Assembly (NCBI GenBank): GCA_965644295.1
Contig: CBFFRP010000035.1
Span: 228,122-292,121, forward strand
DNA: 64,000 nt
Direction: 5' to 3'
DNA from: Paraphysomonas bandaiensis
Taxonomy: Eukaryota; Protista; Chrysophyceae
In this document: one piece after another, positions 49,766-61,991 of the stretch
Position numbering within the stretch: position 1 is the first letter of the stretch
Layout: each line of letters opens with the position of its first letter
Program-made: the position numbers and the translations under genes
The notes under the pieces: model-generated
Databases searched by the model: none
Seen by the model: only the letters and a program-made list of their open reading frames with translations
What the model was told of the DNA's origin: nothing

Positions 49766-52014
49766 CAGTGGATGGCCCCTATAAGGTGGCCCCTACAAGG
49801 TGCACCTCACCCGTTTTTTTCTGTCCACTCCTGGTCAATATGATCAAATCTTAAAACATCTCCATACATACCTGCAAGAATATTACATATAGTTATTATG
49901 TTGAGGCCATTTTATTCCCCCATCATTCCCCCCCTCCCACTCACCAACCTTTACAATCACCAACGCATACGGTTCAGCCACAATTGCTAGGATGAACGAG
50001 CACTGAGCCATCGTTGCTGAATATCCTGCTCGCAACGTATACAATCTGGGCTCTACTACCGGTTCCTTCCAAACAGAAGCTACATTCTTTCAAGTGAAAT
50101 CTTCAACGATGTTCGTGGGCCAAAGTCAAAGACGGACAAAAGCCGTATATCGCTTTATATGAGTGCACTAGTGCCACTGGTGCCAAAGCAAAGTTGTGAC
50201 ACATAGACTCTGCAAAGCGTCCCAGTTGTTAACGTAACCATCCTTTGATGAACACTGCCGCCTATTTTTATCAGAAGAATGCTTGGAGCGACAAAATGGT
50301 GCTCCTACAATGTTTTCAAAATGTGTTTTTGCTACATATCAGAGCAGCGACGGGTGAATCAGTGCTATTGATTATGGATAATCATAGCTCCCATAGCGAC
50401 TTGGTGGATCCGAGAGGGCAACTACAAATTGAGGGCTTGCCCTATAATGTATCATCGAGGGTACAGCCGATGGACGCCAGCATCATCAAGTCTTTTAAGA
50501 CACACTACCGCTACACCGCTACCAGCTGTCACAAAGCACTGTGGCAGTAGTCCTGGGAAATTGGTTAATATTCTTTCTGAAAACCAGGCTAGTTCTGGGG
50601 CCATGGAGCATTGGGTCAGCTTGTAAGACGATCCAAGAGTCACGAGGCTCATAGGTTTGATGCGTTGGTCAATCCTGGCTACGACGGTGATGTATGAGTA
50701 TATAGCAAACTCCCACTTCTTTGAATCATCATACTTTGATTTACATAATAAGTACTTACATAATTCGAAGTATCACATATTTTTCTGTTTAGCTAGCAGC
50801 CGCACGTTTTTACAATACTATTGTTTTAAGATTTATTGTTAATTAGTAATAATTTTATAACAACATCATCACCATCATCTCAACTAGTTTGCTAGTGCTA
50901 CAAGTTGACGGAGGACTAGTAGGTTAGATAGGGTGAATTGACTTCAAGATCTGAGATAGAAGAAGAGAGGAAGGGATTGTTTAACGTACTTTAGGATTTT
51001 TCAGGACGGTATGTTAGTGGTACCATACAGTATAGTATATTACACTATGGCATATTCAAGAGTAAGTACGTATATCTAAATGTAGTATAAGATACCGTGG
51101 CACAATACTGTATAATATATTTAGTAGATCAGTATATGTGTATATGTTGTTATATATAGTACTATAGTACATAGCATAGGATAGTGTTGCGTGTGCAGCA
51201 TAGTAAAGTATAGTTGTGATTGCTTCACGGTGTTAGTATTAGTTTAGTGTTTCAGAATTATGCAGTGTAATTATATATTTGGCATATATAGTTATATGTA
51301 GGATATTATATAGTGTAGGGTGATAAAAAAATGGTGACAGGGGTAAGAGTCAACCCTGCAACATAGAGTAGCACGAGGGGGGTCCAATTGCTAGAATCAC
51401 AGTTAAAACGAGTTTTATAATGGTACGTAACACTACCATCTGGACGGTTCAGGTGTTTTGGGGTCATCCGGCTGTCTGGAGGTTAATTGTAAAACACAAA
51501 GAAAACATCACCGACAATGCAGACAACAAATACTCCATCTTTGTCCAATATAAATGAAACCAACAATCAATAATCGTTGAAATGTGTAAAGACCACATAC
51601 TGCGTTAATCTCTACTGACGGCTATAACTCCATCGTGCTGATATGAGACCGTGAAGAGCATCTACTTTGCGCTGTCGAATTTTATGAATAAAAGCATAGG
51701 AAAAAAAGCCATGAAAGATACCAATTGCATCTCATATCGTCCTGATCATATGGCTTCAATCACAGATTCCATCATATCAGCTGTGGGGTGCTACTGCAGC
51801 TCCAGTGGAACAGTGTGACAATCACAGTGCTGAGAATGGAAACCCCGCTATATCTGAGATATCCTCCGCTACAATATACAGCTGTATTATCATGTATTAT
51901 GATGTATTACGCTGTATTATGAGGAGTTGAGTTGCAGCTCCCCCCTGGCCCCTACAAGGTGCCTGGCCCCCACAAGGTGCGCCCATTTGAGATCCTTATA
52001 GGGGCCATCCACTG
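49766..52014 (+). mobile_element. Pogo/Tigger-like Tc1-mariner DNA transposon with a decayed transposase
   Basis: 21-bp perfect TIR CAGTGGATGGCCCCTATAAGG (49766-49786 / 51994-52014); TA TSD; DDE_1 remnant KNAW...LLIMDNHSSH...QPMDASIIKSFK at 50245-50550. Confidence 0.9.
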
Positions 52015-52480
52015 TATAGAAGTTTTACGAGTGATGGAGTGATGGAGTGATGGAGTGTGGACATTCTCATATCCGCATCCTCTGTACATTTTTGTTCAAA
52101 AATGTCTCCTATATTGATACAATAATTATCTGTATTCCAGCCGTATTTTATTGCAGTAATATATAGACAATATTTGCTTCTATTTATTTCCGAAACATAA
52201 CATGCTGACTGCCGATACGCTGTTTGTTGTCGGAATATGTCGTACATCCGTGGATATCAACGAAAAAATGCATGCATCATTAAGAAACCCTGGCTTTTTT
52301 GCTGGATTGATATGTCGTTTTGGTAGTATAGAAGTTTTACGAGTGATGGAGTGATGGAGTGTGGACATTCTGCCTGTTTGTTGTCGGAATATGTCGTACA
52401 TCCGTGGATATCATCGAAAAACTGCATGTATCATTAAGAAACCCTGGCTTTTTTTGCTGGATGTATGTCGTTTTCTTAAA
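52015..52480. repeat. Locally duplicated AT-rich dispersed repeat that hosts the pogo element
   Basis: The unit recurs at 52210-52370 and 52375-52470; related sequence at 49560-49765 and 57680-57810. Confidence 0.6.
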
Positions 52481-53667
52481 TTTTAAATTCTGTATTGTAC
52501 AACAAAATAGGCCCCCCTCAAAAAAATAGGCCCCCCTTTTTTTAGCACTCATCTTCCAGCCCCTTGAACTGACATGACATACACATATATGAAATTAATT
52601 GCAACACCACTACTCATCATGACACACACCAATACAATCAGAAACATACATGCTGTCTTTGGAATGGAGTATGTTAACATTATCTACAACTATTCTTACT
52701 ATTACACTCTGTGTCTTGAGTTATAAGACTGAAGAGCCCTGAGCCCTCAGATGGGCTATCGATCGCTATATACACATCACTGGGATACACTAGCCACTCC
52801 TGAAGCTGTATACTTGACTTAATATTGCATATAAAGTGTTTGGAGAGGTGAGAGGGTGTGGGGGAGCACTTATCATCCCTGTAGCTTGCATTGTAGGCGG
52901 GTCAGTATTCGACCGAAGAAGGTGGGATCCCATACAGTGCACTGTGAGGTCGTATACTCACCAGAAACTTGGAACATGCTCAAATAATATGTCATAGAAA
53001 TGGATGGAGGGCATTGGGAAGTCATATCAATCAATTTGATTAGATTTAAGTGCATCACTGCCGTCCATAGAAATTATGTGGATATGTTGCCTTGTCACCA
53101 GCTGAGTCAGCTTATCAGTCCAGGGACCGACCTATCAAGTGGAATATTAGCGTCATTTCACTTGTAGTAAGAGCTCTTACACTTTCTGGGCTTCTTTGGG
53201 CATTATACATTCATGTTGCAGTGCCCTTTACTAGGTTCTTGTTTGTTGCAGACATCCCATTTTAGAGTGCTGTGGAGTCACAGCAATCAAGTGTTCACTC
53301 GTGTCAAATATGTCTTACACCTAATATGTGACAATCATTCAGCATTATTAGGGTCTTGTTAGATCTACAATGCAGTTGTTGCCATGCTTGTCGATGTGAA
53401 TGGCTTTTATGGCGAGTCCAGCTGATGATTGTTAAATATATGTGCATACCTAGTCTATGCTTGCTCAAGACTTTGTCCCGAACTGCCTTACCACGGGGCG
53501 GTGTGTTTTATGTACTTCTATATATTATATGTATGCACATGTGTATGTGTGTGCGTCTCCGCTTTGTCTACGTTGTAGATTCCTACAATGCTACATATAA
53601 GCGTCAGTGTTGGAACATTGTACTAGGTTATATCTAGAAGGTATGTGTAAAATATCGATTTATTTCG

Positions 53668-54410
53668 GTGGCTGAGTGTGTGGCATCCAGGCGCAATTCT
53701 GTAGTGTTTTCACGAGACAGTGTGCTGTCGCAGGGTCCCATGTACAGCAGTAGACAGAGCATGGGAACTCCTGTGGTAGATTCTGTAGTGGATGAACCCT
53801 CGACAACACCTCTGCCCTTTCCACATGGACAACGCGGTATCACTAAGTCTTCCAGCAATGTCGATCCAGTATCAGCGTCCTGCAATGATATTTTGGAAAC
53901 ACCAGTCAAAATGTCTACCCGTGAGAGTTTTGAGTCTGAAAAAACAGTGTGTAACAGCACTGTCTCTCGGCGGCGTAGACAGACCTTGCAGCATGAGCCC
54001 TCTCGCGTTTACACGCCAGCGGACTGTGGTCAAACTGATAGCACTTATCGTCTCCCACAGGACAGCATCAGCAATGGCTCCAAGTTTCGTACAGAAACGA
54101 AGAACGATACGGATGGACGACTATCGGACATTCATTCTCTGGATAGTGGTACGAATCTCATGGAAATATATGAAGAAGAGATTGCTGGGGGATATCTTGC
54201 TAGGTCTGTCATAGCACCAGGGGTGTACTACATGGGTATTATAGACATACTGCAAAAGTGGACTTTAGAGAAACGACTTGAGAGGTGCTAACGTATTATT
54301 TATCTCTAACCGTCTATTTGTGATATGTCTTTTAGGTTTTTTAAAGTCAACTTTTTAATGAAATCGGCCAATGGCATATCTTGCATGCCACCTGAGCCAT
54401 ACAGTGTATT
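53668..54410 (+). pseudogene. C-terminal fragment of a phosphatidylinositol phosphate kinase (PIP5K family)
   Basis: YYMGIIDILQKWTLEKRLER|FFK...GISCMPPEPY; no N-lobe exons visible upstream. Confidence 0.6.
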
Positions 54411-54854
54411 GACCAGTCACGCTTTAAATATAGATATAGTGGTTCCGTGATGGTAGCTAAGAAGTATGTGTGCGTAAGAAAATATACTGTCTGTAAATAA
54501 TGCTTGAATTGTAGTGGAAGGCTGTGATCTCTTGTGCAGTCTGAAGTATGTATAGTGTACAGCTGTTTATTGACAAGCCAACGCTTTACTCCAATGAGAG
54601 TCAGTAGAAATCATACTGGTGACGGAATATCTAATACTGTTTTTTGATATATTGAAACCAGAAATGCTTGTCTTGCCTCATTGTTTTTTGTTCGATCGAA
54701 TCTATAGAGTTTTGCTGATTTAAATCATTTAAAAGCTGTAGTTCTAAGGTATTTACATTATGATGTTACTTGATGAATGCAGTTGTGATTAACAGTATTA
54801 CCTGAACTATTGATATGATAGAAATAATAGTGGTGAAACTAGAATATATTCACT

Positions 54855-54920
54855 GTAGCAGCGAATGTCGTATTATTAGCAATATGCGTTTAAGAGTCAG
54901 AACTAATTTAGCTATTTAAC
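54855..54920 (-). mobile_element. Short fragment of the shared non-LTR 3' tail
   Basis: gtagcagcgaatgtcgtattattagcaatatgcgtttaagagtcagaactaa resembles 16246-16290 and 16920-16980. Confidence 0.5.
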
Positions 54921-56116
54921 TAACATTGGTAATTGACAATGAATGATATGATATTGATTATAAATCCAGTACATTGTGCTTACAGTTTATTATTATTATT
55001 AATTAAGTCTTTACCATCCAAATATTTTGAAACTTGATAGTAACAATAATTTGCATGTGCATTTTAGTATGGTTTAGTATACCTAAAAATTAGGACACTA
55101 CGGTAGTCGTTACTTTAAAGTTAAATTTTAAAGTTAAAGAAAGGCGCTGAGCTAGCTACAATATAGCTCAATCATGTTAGTGGAATGAAATAATTTTTTT
55201 AATATCTAGCAACAAATAGTACCCTTGAGTGTAGGCACATCGGTAAAAATTAATAGGGAAGATTTTATAATTCTTGTCTCAAAAGAAGTGTTTTTGACCT
55301 GAATTGGGTTTAGCATAACACTCATACTAGCACCGGGAAAGTGGAGGCATTCAGCGTCAGTATTCGATCCGAACAGCAACTTCATTCTATTATATCAATT
55401 ATGATATTAATAGCCATTTGAAATTTGAATGTAATTATTTCATTATATTAGAGAAACCACAAATAAATATTTGTCGTTATATTTCATCCTTCGTCTGAAG
55501 GTATCAGTGCATGTGATATATATATGATCTATCTTCCCAATCAGGACTTCGCAACAACTTGAAGGATAATACTTGAGTTTTTTTTAATATTCCACTTATG
55601 ATGCTGAAGCTAATTTGGAGAATTGACATCCAGTCACTTTATAGTCGTGTTAATCAAAATTGTGTGCGTGTGTGCACACTTATGTACGAATTTCAATATC
55701 TAGCAATTGCAATTCTCTCATTATCTTTTTGTGATATGGGTTCATTCGTTGCTTTTTCAGCATCATGACGATGAACTGCAATATAACCTGGGGATAAAGA
55801 ATATCGTTCCTTGTCCAAGTTTTAAAACTCATTTCAAAAGTTTGAGCGCGGGACGATATAGACTCCTTATCATCCGTGGCCTAATATAACTAATAGTGTT
55901 GTCTTTCATCGTGTTGTGTGCGGACGCATTTTCAGCTACAATGCTGTATGTAAATACCTAACATGAAGGCTACATAGCTGGCGTCTGAGCATACTAGAAG
56001 AAATAAAACTCAAGCTACATGAAAACATAAGAAGAATATATGTAATGAGTTGAGGCATTGTTATAAGTTTGGGGAGGTTGGCGTTACTCTCATATACTAA
56101 CAAGTACGAATGCAAC

Positions 56117-57253
56117 TTAGAAAGTGACTTCACCCTCCTTGGAGGCAGCGGCATGGAAAGCCTTTCTACGTCCCTTAAACGCTCTGCGGGCCTTCTGCTC
56201 AGCCGCTCTATTTTCGCGGTTCTTCTTCTCCTTGGCCTCTGTGCGAGCCTTGGCAGCATCAGCGTAAGGGTTTAGGGCGAGCATGACATCACGGTTCTTA
56301 AGAGGATTCCTCTTCTTAGGAAGGACAGTAACTTCCTTAACAGCAGGCTTGCAGACGGACTGGATCTCATCGGAGTTGATAATACGAGCGAGATCAGCAT
56401 TGGTCATGGCACCGTGAGGAAGGTTGAATCCCTTCTTGAGCTCAGCACCGTTCTCGTAGGTACCGAACAGAGCATCGAGCTTCTCAAATGCTCCCTTAGT
56501 CCAGATGCAGAATCTGCCAAGGTGACCACCAGGAGCGAGGTCAAGAAGGTTAAGGTTGTCAACAGAAGTCACCTCAACACCAGAGAGGTTTCTGAAGGCC
56601 TTGTGAAGTCCCTCAGAAGTCTCGTAGATGACAAGAGGTCCGCGGCGCATGGTGTAGCGACGATTACGCATCTTTCCAACACCTCTGCGAATCTTGCGAG
56701 AGTCCTTGCACTTCTCAACATCAGCGAATGCACCGAATCTCTCGAGGATTGCCTTGGCCTCCTTAGTGCGAGTGATGGTGTTGACAGAGTTGTCAAGAAC
56801 AAGAGGGAACTCAGGGACCTCATCAATACGGTGTCCACGAGCCATGACAAGAGGAGGCACAGCAGATGCAGCTAAAGCAGATGCAACAGCATATCTACGT
56901 TGATTAACATTAATCTTACGATGCCAACGACGCCAGATTTTAGTAGGAGCAAACATACGTCCACCACGACACATGTTACCAAAGGCACCTTGACCAGATC
57001 GAGATGTACCACCACCTGGCACACGAGGGATACGTGACACAGCACGTCCAGTACCCCATGATTCAGCAGGTGTTTGCATACCAGCACGACGAGAAACAGC
57101 ATATGCTTGACGTTTATTTTTAGACATCAGATTATGTACGTAGTTTACAATATCTGGACGAATAGGAGCTGTCATAACGGCTGGTAAAGTAGCCTGTGAC
57201 ACTCCTGTGTCCGCATTAGATGGATCAAATACAGATACTAATGGACGACTCAT
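56117..57253 (-). CDS. RPL4: 60S ribosomal protein L4 (uL4), intronless
   Basis: APIRPDIV...[16 protein letters not shown]...[27 protein letters not shown]...[10 protein letters not shown]. Confidence 0.98.
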   Translation of the reverse strand: MSRPLVSVFDPSNADTGVSQATLPAVMTAPIRPDIVNYVHNLMSKNKRQAYAVSRRAGMQTPAESWGTGRAVSRIPRVPGGGTSRSGQGAFGNMCRGGRMFAPTKIWRRWHRKINVNQRRYAVASALAASAVPPLVMARGHRIDEVPEFPLVLDNSVNTITRTKEAKAILERFGAFADVEKCKDSRKIRRGVGKMRNRRYTMRRGPLVIYETSEGLHKAFRNLSGVEVTSVDNLNLLDLAPGGHLGRFCIWTKGAFEKLDALFGTYENGAELKKGFNLPHGAMTNADLARIINSDEIQSVCKPAVKEVTVLPKKRNPLKNRDVMLALNPYADAAKARTEAKEKKNRENRAAEQKARRAFKGRRKAFHAAASKEGEVTF

Positions 57254-59155
57254 TTCCCTCACTTAATAGAAGCCTCTTTGAAATATACTCACATTACATG
57301 GATGTATATATAGAGAGTCGTGTGGGGGTGTATGGAACTACACCATCAAAAATATAGTATCTAGAAACGACAATAATGGAGAAAACTGAAAATATTGAGA
57401 TGTATATGTATGTGGCATATGGGATGGATAAAATGGTATCTCTAAGAGACTACAAAGACAACTGAAAATATACACACATCTCACTATACGTCGTACAGCA
57501 GCAGTACAAGCGTATAGATGTAAGATTTTTCTTGTACAATTTTGTCTTCTATGTAATTTTAACAAATATTTAAAATATAAACATTCCCACAGAAAAATTC
57601 AATAATATAAAAACAAAAATATGACAATATTTTGTCTCGTTGATATGGTTGGACACTTTCTGCACATGCATACGTATCAGCATCCTGTATTTTTGTTCAA
57701 AGATGCCTCTAATATTGAGACAACAATTATCTGTATTCCAGCCGTAATTGTATATCAATAATAGAGTGTATTTTTACTTCAATTAATTCCCGAAAATATA
57801 AGATGCTGACTGGATGTCCACATATCTTACTATTCCAGTGAATAGTCTCAGTTCACACCCATGCTTTCTGGAAATGATTCTTTGGTGCTGTACAGGGTTG
57901 ATAGTTCAGAAGCATGAGTCTTATCATATCAACAATTCTATCGACACGGATCAGATACATCACCGGCACGAAGATGAGGATCAGCAGGGTTGAAAAGACC
58001 AGGCCGTAGCGTAGGGCCATCGCTGTCGGCTTCAAGAAACAGAATCAAGAATCGTAGCAGATTTTTATATCGATCACTCCGTCTATGAAGAGAGCAATGA
58101 ATATGTCATTACCACAACTGATAGGTGTATTAAATCTGTTGTGAGTTTTCATTAGGACCCGTATGGAGGTAGCATTTATTGTTGAAGAATAAGTGCATCT
58201 TTGTGAAAAGCGTACGACTGATAGTGATATTGAAGATCAGCTGGCAAGCAGAACATTTATACGCTCCCTGAGAGGCTCACCAGTTTCATTGAATGTCCGC
58301 ATAAATGAAATCTTTAAAATTAATTGGTAGATATGGAATAGTTCCCGAGAAAACACTGGAGGTTCTCCAAGCCTGAAATAGCATTGATGAGGGGATATAC
58401 ATTACTCTTTCCGATATAATCAGTGAAGCACATCAACTGCACTAAGAACACACTGATCAACTACACAAAGAACACACTGGTATGGCATAGAAAATTCAAA
58501 TCATTACTAAGAAATGAATACTGTTGTGTCTAATCAAAACCGAACACGAAGAGAAAACCTGGAACATTGAAACTCGATACTGGTTAGGCGTTACCTCGAT
58601 AATATGAACAAAGTTGAGGATGACATTGCCACTTCTCGAAAGGAATTACTTAAAATGGAAGAGCAATGTCGGAAGATTTAAAAATAGCGAAGTCTAAAGA
58701 GGGTGAGATTACGTTCTGGACTAAAGAGAATCAAGTATGATGCATCATTGATCATTGAGTATATTACCTGTGTTGAAGACCTAATATCCTCGAAGAATAA
58801 TAATTGTGATATTATTACAGCACGATGCGTTAGGCAACTGTCATACTCAACTACAATGCTAATTGTTACAATGTACTTCTACAGTGTAGTACACCTGTAG
58901 TTTGTTAGCAAGTATTTAGCAGTAACCATAATTATTTTAGTTTTAAACACTAGCGTTTGCACCATATATAACGTTCACGATAAACCTACTTACTCGGACA
59001 TTGCACTTTAAATGTAGCTAGCTTCCATTAAGCAGAATACAGGGCTATATCGTATACAATCAAAGCAGCGTACATCTATTCTAGTAGTACTACAGTATTG
59101 ATTTTACTATAGACTTCAGAAATTCTGTCGGGTAGGATAAGGACAGTCTCGGCTC

Positions 59156-61426
59156 TTATTTATTACCACAACAGGACATATTCGTTGAACTTGCTGACCA
59201 CCAGTACACGGGATTGTTGATGCAACCACAGTCCCCAACCTCCACCATATCACCACTATCTCTCTCGAAGCCTCCGTCCTTTCCGACGGCCTCTTTCAGG
59301 GAGCGGATGTAGTTGTGAGATAAATGATCGTCTATATCATTCCGAACGGAGCTAACGTAGGTATCATACGTGGATGCCAAACGCTGCATCGCATCGGAAT
59401 TCAATACTAGCGGGGATTTGCCATCGGCCTGCAAAATAATACTAATACCGGGGGGCCGGAAGCCCCGTGTAATCGCAAGTGACTTCAAAAAATTTCCTGG
59501 GGGAATATCACTCTCTTCCGGAATGGTTAAAAAGTTTTGTACAAACGATCCAATCCAGTGAGATTGCGATGCCATTCGAACCAAAGCATTCCAGCAAAAC
59601 TTACACGATAATAGTCTGGGCATGAGAGGAATAGGGTCGGCCTGATAAACATAGTTGACGCACACTTCCGTCCAAGGGCGAATTTTCTCAGCATCCTCTT
59701 CAGAAACATCTCCATTGCAAAAAAGAGTCATTGGAGAACCAAAAGTAATAGACCTTCGAAGTTCTGGGGATTTATCCGGTCGCTTGTACTTATGAGTAAT
59801 AAGGTATTTCAAGGCAAAAACTTGGGCCAGAGCACCACCCAGTGAATGGCCTGTTACGCAAAACGTATCAATGTCAAACTCCATCAAACGCGACAAAACA
59901 GTTTCATATATATTTTCCACTGCTGTGTTAAACCCCGAATGAACAAAAACGGAACCAAATATTTTAATAGGTTGGCAGCTGAGGTCATGCAGCAAGTCTT
60001 GAAATGATTCTTCAAGGTCCGTCCCTCTAAATACGAGTACAGCTGATGATGTCGTTTCAGAATTATTATTGCAGTTACACGTAGCACTATCACAACTACA
60101 CATGGATGATGCTTTAGTTTTCCACAATGCCCAACGTGTGAGTTCGTTGTTGTCGAGGTCGACATCACCTGAACATATGGGTTCCCAACACCAATCTGAA
60201 ATCCCATTTTCAGTAATATCGTCAGGGATATCCTTGTGCTCTATTTCGGAGCTAGAACAACTAGAAGACTGTACACGAGATGCTTCATAGGGTGCGGAAG
60301 TGGAAACCACACTGGACGTTTGTCTGCATACCTCCTCGGCCTCTTCCCTTGTAGGAGCAATGTCATTATTTTTTACACCAAAGTACACCTCACGAGATGC
60401 CAAGGCACAATCCAGTACCTCCTTGATGTTATCGTAGTGATATGAAACGATGCGTTGCTCCTCAGAAATGTCTTCAGTAATATGTTCAGCTTCTTTATTC
60501 TCCATGGAGGCAGAGGATGGAGAAGATGTGCTCAATGTGGTTTTGCTGTTACAAGGATAAAGACGATTCAATACAGAGACCACAACACGCATGCGCAAAC
60601 TGTGTCTCGATTGAATACCTCTATATGGAACGATCTTAAGGAAGTGGGCGTCAAGGTCGGAGCGAATAATAGCCGTGGTATTCTGTGTGACTTCATCATC
60701 CAGAAAAGTATACTTCATTCCATTTTTCAGCAGTAAATGTCGAAGGGACCGGTTGACATGAAAGCGATTTGGAGAGTCCCAAGACTCAGGATACAAAAAT
60801 TCTTCTACTGAGGGCATCTTAATACAGGAGTATTCCATTGTAGAGCCTGGTTTCACTACAGTATATTCTAAATCTGGATCACTGACTGCTTCAGTAACAT
60901 AGTAGGTAGGTCTCGAGCATGCGCAAGAAACCACAACATTTATGTTCATTAGCTTCACACTCGCGTGACTATTCGTATTATCTATAAATAGAGTATCTGT
61001 GGACATATACTCAGCATCATTACTGGATTGACTTGACATATGACGAAGGACATGAAAACTTTGTCGGAAATTCAAGTAATTACCCTCTTTATAACTTAAC
61101 TGTTTTCCATTCGCACGACATCCATTTCCTTCCACAGTTATATGCTTATTAGAATAATCCACATGTGTTATAATCATATCTGTTCCATACTTAACTCTCC
61201 ATCGATCATATGTATATATATATTCCTTATGATTAATATGAGTGATAACAGCAACTTTTAATCCACGTGAACTTTTAAGATATGATTGAACCTCTTTATC
61301 GCTATATGGGGGTATGACATATACAGTATTATTACAATAAGATTGATATATAAAATCAGCCTCATTGAATGTAAATACAGATATATAACAACCTGTTTGA
61401 TTTACAATACGACATGTATTCCCCAT
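59156..61426 (-). CDS. Class 3 lipase-domain protein, intronless, possibly N-acylated
   Basis: VLVFRGT, VHSGF, VTGHSLGGALA, TFGSP, DPIP, DHLSHNY; N-terminus MGNTC. Confidence 0.88.
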   Translation of the reverse strand: MGNTCRIVNQTGCYISVFTFNEADFIYQSYCNNTVYVIPPYSDKEVQSYLKSSRGLKVAVITHINHKEYIYTYDRWRVKYGTDMIITHVDYSNKHITVEGNGCRANGKQLSYKEGNYLNFRQSFHVLRHMSSQSSNDAEYMSTDTLFIDNTNSHASVKLMNINVVVSCACSRPTYYVTEAVSDPDLEYTVVKPGSTMEYSCIKMPSVEEFLYPESWDSPNRFHVNRSLRHLLLKNGMKYTFLDDEVTQNTTAIIRSDLDAHFLKIVPYRGIQSRHSLRMRVVVSVLNRLYPCNSKTTLSTSSPSSASMENKEAEHITEDISEEQRIVSYHYDNIKEVLDCALASREVYFGVKNNDIAPTREEAEEVCRQTSSVVSTSAPYEASRVQSSSCSSSEIEHKDIPDDITENGISDWCWEPICSGDVDLDNNELTRWALWKTKASSMCSCDSATCNCNNNSETTSSAVLVFRGTDLEESFQDLLHDLSCQPIKIFGSVFVHSGFNTAVENIYETVLSRLMEFDIDTFCVTGHSLGGALAQVFALKYLITHKYKRPDKSPELRRSITFGSPMTLFCNGDVSEEDAEKIRPWTEVCVNYVYQADPIPLMPRLLSCKFCWNALVRMASQSHWIGSFVQNFLTIPEESDIPPGNFLKSLAITRGFRPPGISIILQADGKSPLVLNSDAMQRLASTYDTYVSSVRNDIDDHLSHNYIRSLKEAVGKDGGFERDSGDMVEVGDCGCINNPVYWWSASSTNMSCCGNK

Positions 61427-61991
61427 AATTTCAATGATTAAGAAATAGTGTTCATTTACATAACAATATCAATCTGAATATGTATATATAAGTATGTATG
61501 TATGTATATATGTATGTATGAATAGAATCACTTAATAATTTTATATACTTGAAATACCACACTCCTACTATATGAACTTCTTATGTCGTCATCATATAGA
61601 CTTTATGACTCTAGATCTATAAGAAAGAATGAAGTGATTTTGTATAAACGAATCAAATCTTGTATAATAATTAAACGATATGGTGATTGGTCTAAAATAA
61701 TATGAAGTTGCTCATTGGTGATGTTCTGTTGACAATTACTCCGATTTTTTATATCCATGATATTTCACTCCTAAAATTCCCGTATTTCAGCTTTGTTGTA
61801 AAAAAGTCATATTTTCAGAAATTGATATTGCTATTTTTAGTATAGTATAATATTGCACACTATATACTATATACAGTACATATGTGCATGATACAGTATA
61901 TGTCATACCATATACTGAGAATCTTATCTCATACTTCTCATATGCTATAAAGTATATTCCATTCCGCATTGCTCGATATAAAGACTTCCAC

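Noticed and set aside
56414-56875. 153-aa ORF antisense to RPL4 and similar shadow ORFs
   Set aside because: Expected by-product of codon bias on the coding strand.
57850-58800. Coding-like intergenic stretch between RPL4 and the lipase
   Set aside because: Every frame examined is interrupted and no motif was recognised.
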